64,000 nucleotides of DNA from Trichoplax sp. H2 (lineage: Eukaryota), in assembly GCA_003344405.1 (NCBI GenBank), contig NOWV01000100.1:1-64000 (forward strand). Direction: 5' to 3'. The notes under the pieces are model-generated. The model was not told the origin of the DNA, made no database searches, and worked only from the letters and a program-made list of their open reading frames with translations. Shown one piece after another: positions 14,295-27,903 of this stretch (its first letter is position 1; each line of letters starts with the position of its first letter). Position numbers and translations under genes: made by a program.

Positions 14295-15618
14295 NNNNNN
14301 NNNNNNNNNNNNNNCATAGTTAAATCTAGAATAAACGATAAGATTTATGTAGCAAATTCAATGCTGTTTACAAAAATTTATAAGGGAAACAATTACTTAA
14401 TCAATAAACACAAACAGTAAATTACAGTAATCAGCTTCAGATGATGTTCTCTTCTAAAGTTTTCATCCTATATGTAACTTTTTAATGCGCTTTCTTATAT
14501 TAAATACAGTTTTACATAAATGTAATTTAAAAAATTCTTCTGAAAGTAATTTAATCATGTAACTAGGATCAAAATATTACGAGTGTCTTGGAAGTACAGC
14601 ATACCCTCGTATGATATATTCAAAACTTTATAACTTATAACAATAAAGAACAGGGAAAAATCTAAGACGATGTTGTCAAGGACAGAGCATTGAATTAAAT
14701 GTTATCCTGATTCCGAATTATTCTGCAGTTTGTATTTCTAGTACATATGGTCGGCGTTAATATTAGTATGTGCCCGCATATTTTTTTAATCATAGATCGT
14801 CTCTATCATTTTCATTTATATTTCTTAAATTTCTTTCCTTTCTTTACTTATAAGTCATTCTTATCCATAATAATACTTAAGTATTATATTTCAAAATACA
14901 ATATTTTACGCATCAGTTTTACTTTATTAGATATTTTCATAATCTTTAATGCGGATAATTCAACAGAATAAAGAAACCTGAAGTTAAGGCGTTGCTAACA
15001 TGTAGTTACAATACCTACCTAATGCTATCTTCAATTACAAAATTTTAAATAATGTTAATATTCATAGTATACGTATGTAATATTATAAGCAATACCAGGA
15101 TAGTATCGTCCTTATTATTGTATGGAATAATATATTGTAGAAATTTGACATAATTCATGCATTATATTCAAATAATAAAAATTAGGAAACGTTACTTGTA
15201 AAATTATGTGATATCAAGCTTATTTCAGTGATCCTATAACGTTGTGTGCAAAATTTCTATCAGTACCGCAAATATTAGCAACTTTAATTTAAGTTACGGC
15301 AAAGTTATGCAACACTTATAACAAAGAAAATTACAGTAATCATCACCATGATGATAAAAAATTTTACACCAAGTAATGCAATTAGGTATAATCATCTCAG
15401 TATTTAAAAAATCAAACAAAAGCAGCCAGTAATTAATTAACAATTGTGAGTAATATGCTTAACTAAAAATTTTGTAGAACAATTTATCAAGCAATTGCAG
15501 ACGAAGCGCCTTTCTTTATTGATCAGTAGCGCGATAGTATCATCTTAGTCTGTCATACATTATTAAATATTACAGACGATTTTCAATTTTATTAACTTGT
15601 TTTTAATTTATATGTTTT

Positions 15619-16640
15619 TCAATATTTTGCTAGGACTTGGGCTAAAGAGATGACTGAAATAGTCGCTCTTGATCGAAATTTACTGGCAGTACAATAGTAC
15701 ATGAACTTTAATTTTTCTAATATTGCGCAACGAATATTTTTATCATATTTAAGATAAAGAATTGGATTGATCAAACTAGCTAGTAAACTTGTCGGTAAAG
15801 AAAGAAAATAAATCATGAACAGCACCTTACTTTCTTGCTGTAACTGGAATATAGTTTCAGATCTTATAGCCAGGAAATTATATACTATAAAAATTGGCCA
15901 TATGAAAAGCATAAGTACGAAAGTAATGATAGTTTGTAATTTAATGAAAGCTTTTCTGCGCTTTTTATCATTTATTTTTTTTTGATTAGATTACCGCCGG
16001 GTGTAATGTAAAAGGATAATCTACGAATGGCCCAAGTATAATATAAAACCATGATAATTAAGGGAAGAATATAAGTTATTATTGTCATTCATGGAGAATA
16101 AATTATATTTCGGTATTTATATCCTGCAGTGAAATATTCATACATCACAGTACCCAAGAAAATGTATATGATTTTCAGTAAAATAAAGAACTGGTAAATC
16201 AAAGACACAACTTAGTATCCAGATCATGGGAATTATTTTTGTTAATTGAAGATTTAGCTTATTTTTAGCTCTAACCTGTGAAGCTCTGCGTTTGTTTTGT
16301 AGCGGGTGATACTAAGTGCCATTAAACAAAATATAAATATATTATATGTAATATACAACATAAATATCAATATATTCCAAAATATACGGCCCATGAATAT
16401 TTATGAACATGCTAAAATTGAAGGGCCAAGAAATAAAAATGATAATTGCAACGAACTTAAGCAATCACGGGCTATAATATTAGAAATAATGATATAAGTA
16501 GGAACCTTTAATCGCTTGGAAGTAAAAAATGACGTAGAATAAGAATAGATTAGTTAAAAAACCAATTAGTCCCATAGGTGCAGTGATAAGCAATTGATAT
16601 GAAATCTCCTCGGTTTTATTGCAGCCCTATAGGCCACGAT
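15619..16640 (-). pseudogene. Frameshifted GPCR pseudogene, paralog of 20354/26944
   Basis: NLFLFYVIFTSKRLKVPTYIIISNIIARDCLSSLQL is followed by an in-frame stop and frameshifts; the C-terminal fragment MLFIWP...LASLINPILYLKYDKNIR (15619-15912) is open. The 5' boundary is approximate. Confidence 0.85.
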
Positions 16641-17075
16641 TTATTTTTTTGTTAAACGGCTAATCCAAGACAATCGAATATGAATCTGCAATCAATTTTT
16701 CAAATCGACAGTCAATGACAGATGAGCGGATCGTTGAAATAGTTTATGTTTACACGACCGATTACAATTATTTCCCGATCGAGATTTATGCTATGGCTAT
16801 CTCTTGAATTTTATTTTAAGCTGTTATAGTTTAGCAGACGAAGCTTCTTACACCGCTATCAGTAATAGTAAACCTTAAAAACACAAGTAGAATTTCGGTA
16901 ATTGATAATAGCCTGTTTACTATCAAAATATTTGTAGATTTACAGTGGTAATGTGGATATTTGATTAAGAATTAATATTAGATGTCTCAGTTTCTAAGAA
17001 ATCGAACTTGTACTTCTGAAATAATTTTGAATGTATTATAAAGATTCAACTCAACTTATATCAATTCTATACAGC

Positions 17076-17222
17076 TGTAATGTAACTAGTATTGTGATTG
17101 TAGACTGTTAGCCACGTTTAGTATAATATACGGTAGATGTTTATCCTAAGAGGTATTTGGTAGTCATAACTATAGACTGTAGTGGTATAGACTCTATACA
17201 AGAGTACAGATGACTATATACT
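17076..17222 (+). mobile_element. Family-A LTR 5' fragment
   Basis: TGTAATGTAACTAGTATTGTGATTGTAGACTG... matches the first ~150 bp of the 24499, 29279 and 52449 copies, then similarity stops. Confidence 0.85.
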
Positions 17223-17433
17223 ACGTAATAAGTCATCAAGAGATTGTTTCTAAAATCTATTTAGATTATAAATAATCTCAGATCCATAACTTTAAATTAC
17301 CAAACCTTAATATCCTAAATTTTCTTTCATACCAAAGTTTTAGCTACTTTTTAAAAACCTTCACGCTGGAGGTAAATATAAATATAAAATCACTTCATTT
17401 TTAATTGCAAGTAAAAATCAGATGCGCCACGGT

Positions 17434-18457
17434 TGGATAGCGGTGAGTCTTGATATCGTAGTCTGTCAAAAAGCATTCAGTATGACATACGGTAGTGTCT
17501 TTCTATATTTATCTTTTTTTTTATGATATATTTAGTAGCCCTATCACAAGCCAACTTCGTGACAAAGATAACGTAAAACAAATCTCTAAATTACTATAGT
17601 CTCCGGGAATTCAGTATCCCTTAACTGCGTCACAAGAATTAAGACGCCATTGCTTCAGCGTTAAAGCAATTATAAAACTCTCTTTTTATTCAACTATCTG
17701 CCGAGCTTAAATACCCTTCGGCAGCAGCTATCATGTATGAGTCATAACATTTCACGAAATTTAGCTCATATTGGATAGCTAAATTATTCATAATTTCGAA
17801 ATTTTACCGAACGATTCTAGATAATTAGACTACAGTATGTCCACACACAGAATTATTTATAGTATCATCTGTAATTGAATATCTTCAGGATATTCATCAC
17901 AAGCGTTACAAGACATAACACTATCAACAATTAATATTAGTTACCTTATGAGAACTCTTACTACAATACAGCATAATTTACTGTAACAAAATAATAACTA
18001 TTGTAGTTCTTCCCGTAAGTCATTATTAGTTATCTCGATATATAAAAGTTAAACACTAAATTTAGTCATTTACTTTTCACGGGGGTTCTTACCGTGACAA
18101 GCCCATAATTACAAACCGTAAGGATAGTCTCTATACTAGAGTACAGATGGCTATATATACAGTAAGACGTTGAGCTACTAATAAGGTTAGAGGTAGAAAT
18201 AGAATTATAATTCATATATTAGGATATGCTTAGCTCATTGCACTTTGATTGGTAGGAATGATATGTACGAAAATACTGTAGTCATTTCCATAAGGAGAGT
18301 ATAAAAGCAGGCGACATTAGATTATCTAGTCGTTCTTTCTAGAAGTCTTTCAGCAGTTGTATTAGGCTAGAGTAGATCTGCGTGTAGCCTATCTTTCTTT
18401 TAGATCTAATAAAGTTCTAATTTTCTAAAATTTTGGAATTTTCGTGGTTTTATCACA
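17434..18457 (+). mobile_element. Diverged family-A-related LTR split by a nested insertion
   Basis: About 17445-17541 and 18105-18457 align colinearly with family A (CGGTAG, GTACAGATG, GTATAAAAGC, AATAAA, end TATCACA at 18457). The 5' end is approximate and no TSD is seen. Confidence 0.75.
17542..18099 (-). mobile_element. Family-B solo-LTR-like element, 558 bp, nested, 5-bp TSD
   Basis: TATCAC (one change from TGTCAC)...GTGACA; AGCCC duplicated at 17537-17541 and 18100-18104; homologous to 5796-6362. Confidence 0.9.
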
Positions 18458-20353
18458 AGTTCATATTCTCTTAATATCCTATTATAAAATAGCACGTAAT
18501 AATATTGTTGAATGAAGATAGATGATGAGTAACTTGTAGAAATAATGGTACATATATTTCTAGCATGGTGTGAGCTAGTAAATAACGAAAGATATTTTGT
18601 CGGAGGCCTAGCCAGACACGTATAATGCATTAATGATAATGGATTTATATACGCTAACTAAATTTCGATCATTAATAAAGAGTAGTATTCCTCATAAAAA
18701 CAGTAACGTTTCTAATACAAATATTTATATCTTCACACTTAGGCTGGTTTATTTATTCAATATTCAAACACGACCTGCATTATTAAGGCGTAAACAAAGC
18801 AATGTTAGATTAATTAATTAAAATCCACAGCGTAACGATTTACTACTGTTCCTTTTTTAATAATTTAGCATTTCGAAGTGTTGCCGTGGTAACTATGAGT
18901 GATTTCCTTTAATGTACCTTAGCTCATTACCGATTCTTGCGTTATAAATATTAAAAGCTATGGTTCTATACTACTAACGCGATGATAAATAGTAACATGG
19001 TGCAACTAATTCACATCGAACTAGTAGTATCAAAGATACTACAATTTAGCTATAGACTGAGTTTGCTACTTTAATATTAAACAATAAAATTAAATAATAA
19101 ACTAATTTTTTCGGCTAAGTCTTGAAAATAATTTTATTGAATGACCTTTTTATAGAAGTGATAGAAACGGTACATATTAAAAAACGGTTGTAAATTATTC
19201 ATACATTAAGTAGAATATTTTCGGCTTTTTTCGGGTATAAAATTTTCAGTTGATAAATTTATATATATATGAATCCTTATCTTGAATTAATTTATTAATA
19301 TACCTATGTACAATATCAGTTGCAGACTTGCAATATATAATCATTGATTAATTTATTAACAATTGTTACTATATCGATGTATCCTTTAACCTTATGAACA
19401 ATAGTTCCTTGCAATTATAAATAGAGCGGTATGGCGGGCTAATAGTTCGGCATAATAAACATTACTGATACAGTTATAATTTTAGCGATTAATAACTAAA
19501 CTGATTGATAACAATAAATACACTGCTATAACAACGACTGACAGTGAATAAATACGAAAGATGGCTGACTTCTAAATTACCATTTTAGCTTATTATTTGT
19601 CTTTATGGAAGCGATAGAGAATTATGATATTCTTTTTCACCGTTAAAACTATTTCAAAAAGGCATATTAGTTTAGTATAAATGCTTCGATACTTAAAGAA
19701 TGATATTTGAGCGTAAATAAAATTAAGAAAAAAATCTGAGATATGCTAATATTTTCGTCAAAACCGATACCAAAATACCATATCGTAAATTGACAGTCAT
19801 AAATCCTACATTATCTACCATAGAGATTATGAACTGTGCTAAATCTTAATTACAAGGTGGAATTATGATTATCTCGTTTGTATTTATAAAAAATATACAA
19901 TAAATCAAGCTTATCAACGGATTCTACTTCTTATGGCATTAGGTGACTGAAAAATCTTTGTTTAAATCTGAATTCGGTACTAGCTGGCTATTCCTACATA
20001 AACTCCCAAGTAAGTATATGCGTACAATTGCAACGGCCGTTTGACCGTTCATATGGCCACTATTCTTCAAATTTCCTAGGATATGCTTAGAGTACATTAT
20101 ACCACTGGAAAATGTGGAAGAGTCTATTTTTGAACGTTTAGAATACATACGATTTACAAACAGGTCAAGATATTTCCAATTAAACAGCTATTTTAATTCT
20201 TTAACTATTATCTTTTAAAGAAACGGGATTATAATAAATTTATTTAGGATAGCAGTGTCTTAGCAAACAGTCATCATCCTCTATGTGGAGTTTACAAACT
20301 TAATCAATTTTTATTTTATTTAGACATGATCACTTAATAGCCTATACGAATTA

Positions 20354-21379
20354 TTAATCATCGATTGTTTTATTGGGAGTCGGTCTGATGCTAGCTACAG
20401 CCGATATTGCATCAGCAGTTTCTAGATTTTGAGATTCGTGACGATGAGCTAAGCAACGAAGATGTCTCAATTTCTTCTTAACTTCGATACGAATATTTTT
20501 ATCAAATACGATATAAAGGATAGGATTAAAAACACTAATTAGTGTACTAACTGGAAATGCCATAAAACAGAAGATAAATGAAGTATAATTCTGGATACTA
20601 ATATCATAAAATGTTTTTTGCTTAATAGCTAGAATATCCATTACAATAAATGCCGGCCACGTAAATAACATAAAAAGCGTAGTAACAATAATTAACATTT
20701 TAATTAAACTCCATTTTCGTTGATCATCACCATCCTTTTTTCTATCCAAAGGATCACAAGGAACAACATGAGCAAGTTGCTTAACGATTCGAACATAATA
20801 AACTACCATGATTATTAAAGGTACTATGTAAGTAATTACCGTCATACTAGCAAAAAGGATCAAAGTCAAATACTTATAACTTGATATATATCTAATATCA
20901 CAGTAGCCCATAGCTGCTTTATGATTTGTAACTACGAATAGTGCAGGAATGGATAATATCCAGCTTAATATCCATATGATAATAGCAATTCTTAGCACAT
21001 TTCGTCGTATTTGCGTTCTGGAACGGATTTGCGTAGTATGTAATACGGCCTTATAACGATATATACTGATAGTAGTTAAGCTAAATACTGAAGCATTGTA
21101 AGTACTGTACAGACTGTACACTGATAACTTACAGAATAGATCGCCTTCATGGTATGAAATGTTATCGAAATAAAACGGAGCAATAAACAACAAGAGAAAC
21201 TGTAGCGAACTTAAACAATCACAAATGATTACATTTGCTATTAGTGTGTAAACTGGATCTTTTAACCGTTTCGATATTATCACGATATATAATAAGATCG
21301 AATTCCCCATAAATCCCATCAAACCCACTGGAATGGACATCATTGCAGGGTAACTTGTACCAGAAGAATTATTGCTCAT
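20354..21379 (-). CDS. Single-exon class A GPCR, 341 aa
   Basis: ATG at 21379 (MSNNSS), chosen over the track's non-ATG start. Motifs GFMGN, ICDCL, FCK, YRY in place of DRY, TM4 W, YIVP, FTWP, NPILY. Confidence 0.93.
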   Translation of the reverse strand: MSNNSSGTSYPAMMSIPVGLMGFMGNSILLYIVIISKRLKDPVYTLIANVIICDCLSSLQFLLLFIAPFYFDNISYHEGDLFCKLSVYSLYSTYNASVFSLTTISIYRYKAVLHTTQIRSRTQIRRNVLRIAIIIWILSWILSIPALFVVTNHKAAMGYCDIRYISSYKYLTLILFASMTVITYIVPLIIMVVYYVRIVKQLAHVVPCDPLDRKKDGDDQRKWSLIKMLIIVTTLFMLFTWPAFIVMDILAIKQKTFYDISIQNYTSFIFCFMAFPVSTLISVFNPILYIVFDKNIRIEVKKKLRHLRCLAHRHESQNLETADAISAVASIRPTPNKTIDD

Positions 21380-24300
21380 GATTAGCTTCGGAATTAAACA
21401 CTTGGTATCTTTTGTAGGATAGTTCTTTAATTTTATGGCTGCCTTTTTAACTGGTTTACTATTCTTTTGTTTTATAGCAAGTAAGTAACAACTCCTCAAC
21501 AGTAACAGAGAGTGTTCACCAAAGACGATGATGTAGATGTAATCACACCAATGCTCTAGAATAGTGCTTCAATGTGAACAATCTAAAATTAAAAACGTAA
21601 AGTTTAAAATTGATTCATTTTACTTCAATATTACGGATTTTAGTTCTAATTAATGCCATCTAAACCATAAGAAATCGATAATGTAGTATACTTAAAGACC
21701 ATATTTTTCACGTTAACATCAATAATGACCTACGTAGAAAAAGTAGAAAAATATATTCCTACTACTGATGATTTCTCAACTTCAAGATGATGCCAGTAAA
21801 TAATACCGTATTCTTACCCAGCTATTTAGATGTAATACTGTATCGCATTATTAGTACTAAATAATTAGGCCCAAAACTACGTAGGCTTATTACCCTTGCA
21901 TAAGGTAAAATGAGAATATAATTTAATTTTTACCATCAAAACTTGAGATCGCCATTCTTTACATCAATAATCAAAGAATAATATCGAGTAGAGGCGGTTT
22001 CAAGGTTTACTTACCAGAAGTAGATTTTTTCCGTTTTAAAATTCAAGCCTGGTAAAAAATTTTAGACTTCAATCTCCCATCAACGAATACATTGACCATC
22101 TAGTTAAAATACGCCATGAACATTATGAGGAGTTGCATAAATTTTAGCACAATTGGCTAAAATATAATTGTTTTACTCATTTCTTTCCAGCTTTATACCG
22201 AAACTTTGTATTATTCTAAGTAGGGTAAAAGTATTCATTAACGACTGGTAATAAATAATCCGGATTTATTTTTTAAATCCCTTTTCATTTGATGTGATGT
22301 CATTGTTTATTAATGTAATAAAAAAGTTACTCCTAGCGAGTGAAACAATCAAGTACGTAAATACATAACAAAGACAATAAAATTTCGATAATGAAAAAGG
22401 AAAATATTTCGGTTTCATCCCATAGTATAGATTTAAAATTTCTTGTTTTCGACGATATCTTTATTTGTATTCTTTGCCATTCTTTAATACTATCATATCA
22501 TCCTTAGATGTTATTCATATTTAATGAAAATTTTAGCGATTACACATGATAAAGTTAACCTTTAACAAATGAACAGCAAACAAAGTTACTAAAACCGAAA
22601 TTGTGGGCTAACTATTACCATTTCAGTGAACTATTGTTTGTTCTTCAGCGATGTACGTGGCACTTCTCTTCTAGCTAATTTGATGTCCAATAGGATGATG
22701 ATCAATTACCTACTCTTATTAATATTCTTTTAACCAAGTTAAGGTTTTAATAGATAAAAGTGAAAGCTTTCGAGAAAACGAGACTTGATTGCGATATATT
22801 AAAAATAACTCCATCACTGTTAAATAACTACATCTACTTCATTTTTACCTAATACAGTATAAATATATTGTTTTCTAGTAAATAAGATTGGCGAATAGAA
22901 TGATTGTAAATAATTTATGAAAATAGAAGAGAATTTGCTGTAAGACTTCGATAAGCATATGGCATGGCATCGAGAAATAATGCAATATTTTGATCCTTTT
23001 AATAGTCTTCATCGGTTTTTGTTCTGTCTCACAGGTGGAATTAGATCTTTTAAAATATATTTCGTTGAATATTTGAAACTGTTTACAATAGGGCAGGGCT
23101 GTTGATATAAAATCAAGTTAAACATACAAAAATTTATACGACAATTTTCCTCACACTGTCTTTCTATTATATTGACGTCATATAGTTAGTCACTTAGTAA
23201 ATAGCTGATTATCGTATCTTAATTTAAAAATATGGAACTTCGTAAGGCAGAACGAGCTATAATAAACTACTTTCGAGATAGCGAAAGAAATATTTTACAT
23301 CACGTATTCTGTATGTATCGAATATTTGAATACGCAATTGCAATATATCAAATATTTTCTTAGATTCGTTTGACATCGAAATTATCGCTATTCAGTATTT
23401 GAAATATCTTTTGCTTCTTAAATTTTAAGGCAAATGTTAATCTACGTACACTATACGGTTATTAAAGTATAGTATTTTTCTATTTAGCTACATTTTATTA
23501 TCAAAATTATAAAATTAGCCCTATAAATGTAAATTCCTTATGTCATAATAAATCTCACTATTAGTAATCTGCAAACCGTACAAAGATTAATACATCAGCC
23601 AAGTAGTTATAGCTTATATAATTTATGATCACAAGTAGTTAATAACGAAAAGTGAACACTATATTCCAAATGTAAGTAATATTTAAGTATAGTATACAGA
23701 TGCATGTATTCGCATCGTCGCGGTTTAAAGATTTACAGATCAGGATCAGGAATTGGAGCTGAGATATTAATTCGTCGGTCGTTGCCACGACTATAATTGA
23801 AGAGTAACTAAACCGAAGAAAAAATTAAAATCAGGTTTATTGCTATATCAAACTAGTAAATCGTCAATTATCCTCACTTATAGTACACTGTTTTTATAAA
23901 AGTCTGTATTATGTATATTTTACTCCTGTATAGTAATAGTAATATCCTTAACTGCATCAAATTCTTTCCTTTGTTGCGTATAACATACATTAATGACACA
24001 TTTATCATACATATATAGCTATCATGGCGAATAAGAATAAAACTGAAATTTTTAGTACTTTGATAAATTATTCATTTAAACAGAGGTAAACAGACCAAAA
24101 AAATATGTGTCTATATTCGTGTAATATAAGCAAAAATATCTACTTGTATAGCTAAAATGAAGAAATCAAAATTATATGGTAAAATTTAAAGCTAAAACTA
24201 AACTTATCAAAGTAGAGAAGGTTTAATTTCCAACCGAAATCAATAATGACGTAAAATTTCAGTAATTTTATGATTAGCTTACTAACTTCTAGTAACTCTC

Positions 24301-24498
24301 TAAGTTTATCTTGTCACTTTTTCTTCAACTGAAATATCAGCTTCAATACCTTTATATATACGCATCATAGAACTGTTGATGTTGCCAAGTTAAAGAAATT
24401 ATGATTCTTAACCCTCCAAATTGAGCTTGCAGTTCATTACCTTAGCTCAGAAAGATTATTCACTAAATTTTGATATTACATAACTAATAATATACGGG

Positions 24499-25048
24499 TG
24501 TAATGTAACTTAGTATTGTGATTGTAGACTGTTAGCCATGTGTAGTATAATGTACGGTAGATATTTATCCTAAGAGGTATTTGGTAGCTGTAACTATAGA
24601 CTGTAGTGGTAGAGACTCTATGCTAGAGTACAGATGACTATATGCAGTAAAGCTGTTGAGTTACTAATAAGGCTATAGGTAAAAATAGAACTGTAAATCA
24701 TATATTAGGATATGGTTAATTCATTGTACTTTGGCTGGTGTGAATAATGTCTACGTAATTACTGTAGTCGTATTCATATTGGATTAATGATGGTCCGCAG
24801 TAGAATAGTCTTACTAAGAATAATTTAACTATGTGTAAAATAAGGTAAAAGGTTGCCATGCGGATTGTAGCTGCGAATGCTACGGAAAGTATAAAAGCAT
24901 GCAACTTTAGATTATTCTGTTAGTTCGTTGTAGAAGTCTTTAGAAGTAGTATTCGGCTAGAGTAGAGCTGTGTAGTAATCTTTGTATAAGATTGAATAAA
25001 GCCCTTATTTTTCTAAAATTTGGAATTTCGTGATCGGTATATATCACA
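24499..25048 (+). mobile_element. Family-A solo LTR, 550 bp, perfect 5-bp TSD
   Basis: TGT...ACA termini; ACGGG at 24494-24498 and 25049-25053; TATAAAA at 24890-24896 and AATAAA at 24995-25000. Confidence 0.92.
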
Positions 25049-26943
25049 ACGGGCAAGTAAGTTTCCCTATCATAATTATTTACTATATTTTACAGAGTAT
25101 ATGATAAATTAAACAGACCGACTTCCATAAGCCAAAAACCAAACAAAGAGATAAGCTTTATATCATGCGATTATAGCAATTCTGTAATAAAGCAGCATTG
25201 TTTCTATTTTAATTAGCAAACAAAATCTTTTATTATTTACCTCATCGTTACAATCATGGATCAGTCTAATCATTAATTCATGTGCTTCATATTAATAATT
25301 ATTTCGACCATAAGAGCCGTAGATTAAAAATTCAAAATTAAGTTTCATCGCATATGAGTTACCGCTGTGGCATATTATAGAATTATAGATAAATGGTAAA
25401 ATCTAACCCTACATGAGGCCAACTTGGTATCATGTAATTATTTAAGTGCTCTCCCTCGATGATCCTGGCTTTTTACAATCATGTACGGATATTAGACTAT
25501 TGATGAAACTAATAGACTGTGTTTCCTATCTAATTCTCGCGGAAATGTCTATTTAAATTCTCCGAAATTCAGCAGTATGAAAAAGCTCCTTTTATCAGTT
25601 AATAATATCGAATACTTACTTATTTAACTTATTGACAGTGTATTTCCTATAAAAAAGCATTTATAGACTAAATTATACCAAGATTACGATGAGAAATTAA
25701 TGGTTTACCGGCTTTCTATTGCAATATACCAAATTATACAGACCGTTTTTATTACTGACGGTAGGCTATAAGTCTATAAAATCATCGTGGCAGAGCCCAC
25801 ACTTAGGTCGTGACTTCTTGTACCCGAAGCGGCAATGATATATATTAATCTATAAAGACGTAAACTACAAATATTTAACTGAAGATTTATATTTCTTGTA
25901 GAAGAATATTAAAAATGGCTTATATCTGCGCAATATTATAGAACTAATATGACATAACTTGATTGGTATAAATCAAGAAAAATTTGGTAAATTAATCAGA
26001 TACATTAAAATATATAAACGAGCAGCACATGTAGAAACTCAATCGTAAATCTTACAATTTACAGTGCTTATTTTTATCGCAAACACAGCATTTAAACAAA
26101 TAAACTTATGATATTATATTGACAATTGGAAATCGTGCCTAAGACATTGTTACAAATATAAAAAATTAGGGTAAAACTTAGTAGATTACAGTACCCACTG
26201 GTAGGCTTTTAAAAGACTTAGGTCTTTAATAGATGGGTGATTTGGAAAAATCATCCTTATGGAACAAAAAATGTCAAAAAATTTCTGATTGGCTTATCTG
26301 TTTTATTAAATTAACTTTGCCAACGTTGTCCGCTTAGATTCAAATGCATTAAATCCCTATGATAATGACTATGTCTATTGTAAAATTGTCTAAGTTACAG
26401 ATGATACATTTAGAATGCCAACATGATTAAAATAGCACCGAAAAGAATTTTTATTAATGTTATCACAAGCGATGTGAAGTGAACCTTAGGTAATCAGTAC
26501 CGTATGCTAGTTTATAAAATAATACCTGTCATAAGAACAGACTCTATGAAAGTCAGCTGATAAACGTAGAAAAGGTAATTATATATTTTAAAATGTAATC
26601 AATACGCTATTGATAATACTATTTGCGGTTCTAATTAATTAATAAAATGCTAATAAATTATTATGAAATCTACCCTCTGAAATAACACAAGTAGGCAAAT
26701 ATTACTTATAAATGTAATAATTTGTCGGATAGATCTAAAACTTTCCAGTAATATAAGTTTTGTGTAAGCTAAACATCATGCTAAAATAGCTTCCATGGAT
26801 ATCATTTCTTCGATTTTATACTTTCATCCAGCTTACATTATATGCACCGGTAATGTTCAATTACTGTATCTCAATAGACAAAAAAGTTCAAAAAATATAA
26901 CGTAATAAATTTTATTGACACCCTCAAAATTAAAATGAGCAAT

Positions 26944-27903
26944 TTACGAAGAAGGACAAACTATCTGCATAAACTTCTTTTTTACTTCTGTTCTAATACT
27001 TTTGTCGAATAAGATGTATATTACAGGATTGAAAATACTAACTAGTACATTTATCGGTAAAGTGAAAAAGCAGATTAGGTATAGGCTATAATTTTCTCGA
27101 CTTAGAATATAAAAGGTTTTCCCATGTAAAGCTAAAACATCCAAGCAGATCAAGAACGGCCAAGCAAAGAACATAAAAATCCCAGTAACTATAATTAACA
27201 TTTTAATAACTTCATTTCGCCGCTGCTCTTCTATTTCTTTTCTTGTCTCTATGCTTATATGAGGTTTAACTTTGGATAAAATTTGCCTAACGATTCGTGT
27301 ATAATTAACGGTAATAATAATTATAGGTATAATATAGGTAATAAATGTCATGCTTAAATAGTAGATCGGTGTGAAATGCGGAAAATTACTAGGGTAAGTG
27401 ATATCACAAGAAGCCATTATAGGCCTTGCATTACTAACAATGAAAAGACTAGGTATAGAAACAAGTGAACCAAATATCCAAATTGCAACCGTTATTTTCG
27501 TCACATATTGGTATTGTTGCTTCTTGGTAAGAATACTAGCCGTCTGAATCAATATTTTACGACGATAAACGCTAATGGCGGTTAAGCTAAGAACAGAAGT
27601 ATTATAAGTGCTATAAAATGTATAGAATAATATTTTACAAAAGATTTCCGCTCCTTGAAAATTAAAATTTTGTAAGATAAGCGGAGTTAGGCTTACTATT
27701 ACTAGTTGCAATGTACTTAGACAATCGTTGATGATGACACTCCCTATTAAAATATAGGTAGGCTCTTTCAATCGTTTCGATACCACTACAACAAAGAGTA
27801 ACAGCAAGTTCAACATTAATCCAAATAACCCGAGCGGTATAGAAAAGGTTGCCGGATAACTGAAAAAAGGATTACTTCTATTTATACTATTGCTATCATT
27901 CAT
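26944..27903 (-). CDS. Single-exon class A GPCR, 319 aa
   Basis: GLMLN, SKRLKEPTY, NDCL, FCK, YRR at the DRY position, YIIP, FAWP, NPVIY; clear paralog of 20354-21379. Confidence 0.93.
   Translation of the reverse strand: MNDSNSINRSNPFFSYPATFSIPLGLFGLMLNLLLLFVVVVSKRLKEPTYILIGSVIINDCLSTLQLVIVSLTPLILQNFNFQGAEIFCKILFYTFYSTYNTSVLSLTAISVYRRKILIQTASILTKKQQYQYVTKITVAIWIFGSLVSIPSLFIVSNARPIMASCDITYPSNFPHFTPIYYLSMTFITYIIPIIIITVNYTRIVRQILSKVKPHISIETRKEIEEQRRNEVIKMLIIVTGIFMFFAWPFLICLDVLALHGKTFYILSRENYSLYLICFFTLPINVLVSIFNPVIYILFDKSIRTEVKKKFMQIVCPSS

Noticed and set aside
21380-21499. N-terminal 40-aa extension of the 381-aa ORF call
   Set aside because: It starts at a non-ATG codon; the ATG at 21379 gives an N-terminus like that of the paralogs.
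24716-24904. 62-aa ORF, and the similar 61603-61794 ORF
   Set aside because: They lie inside LTR-like elements and show no recognisable protein features.
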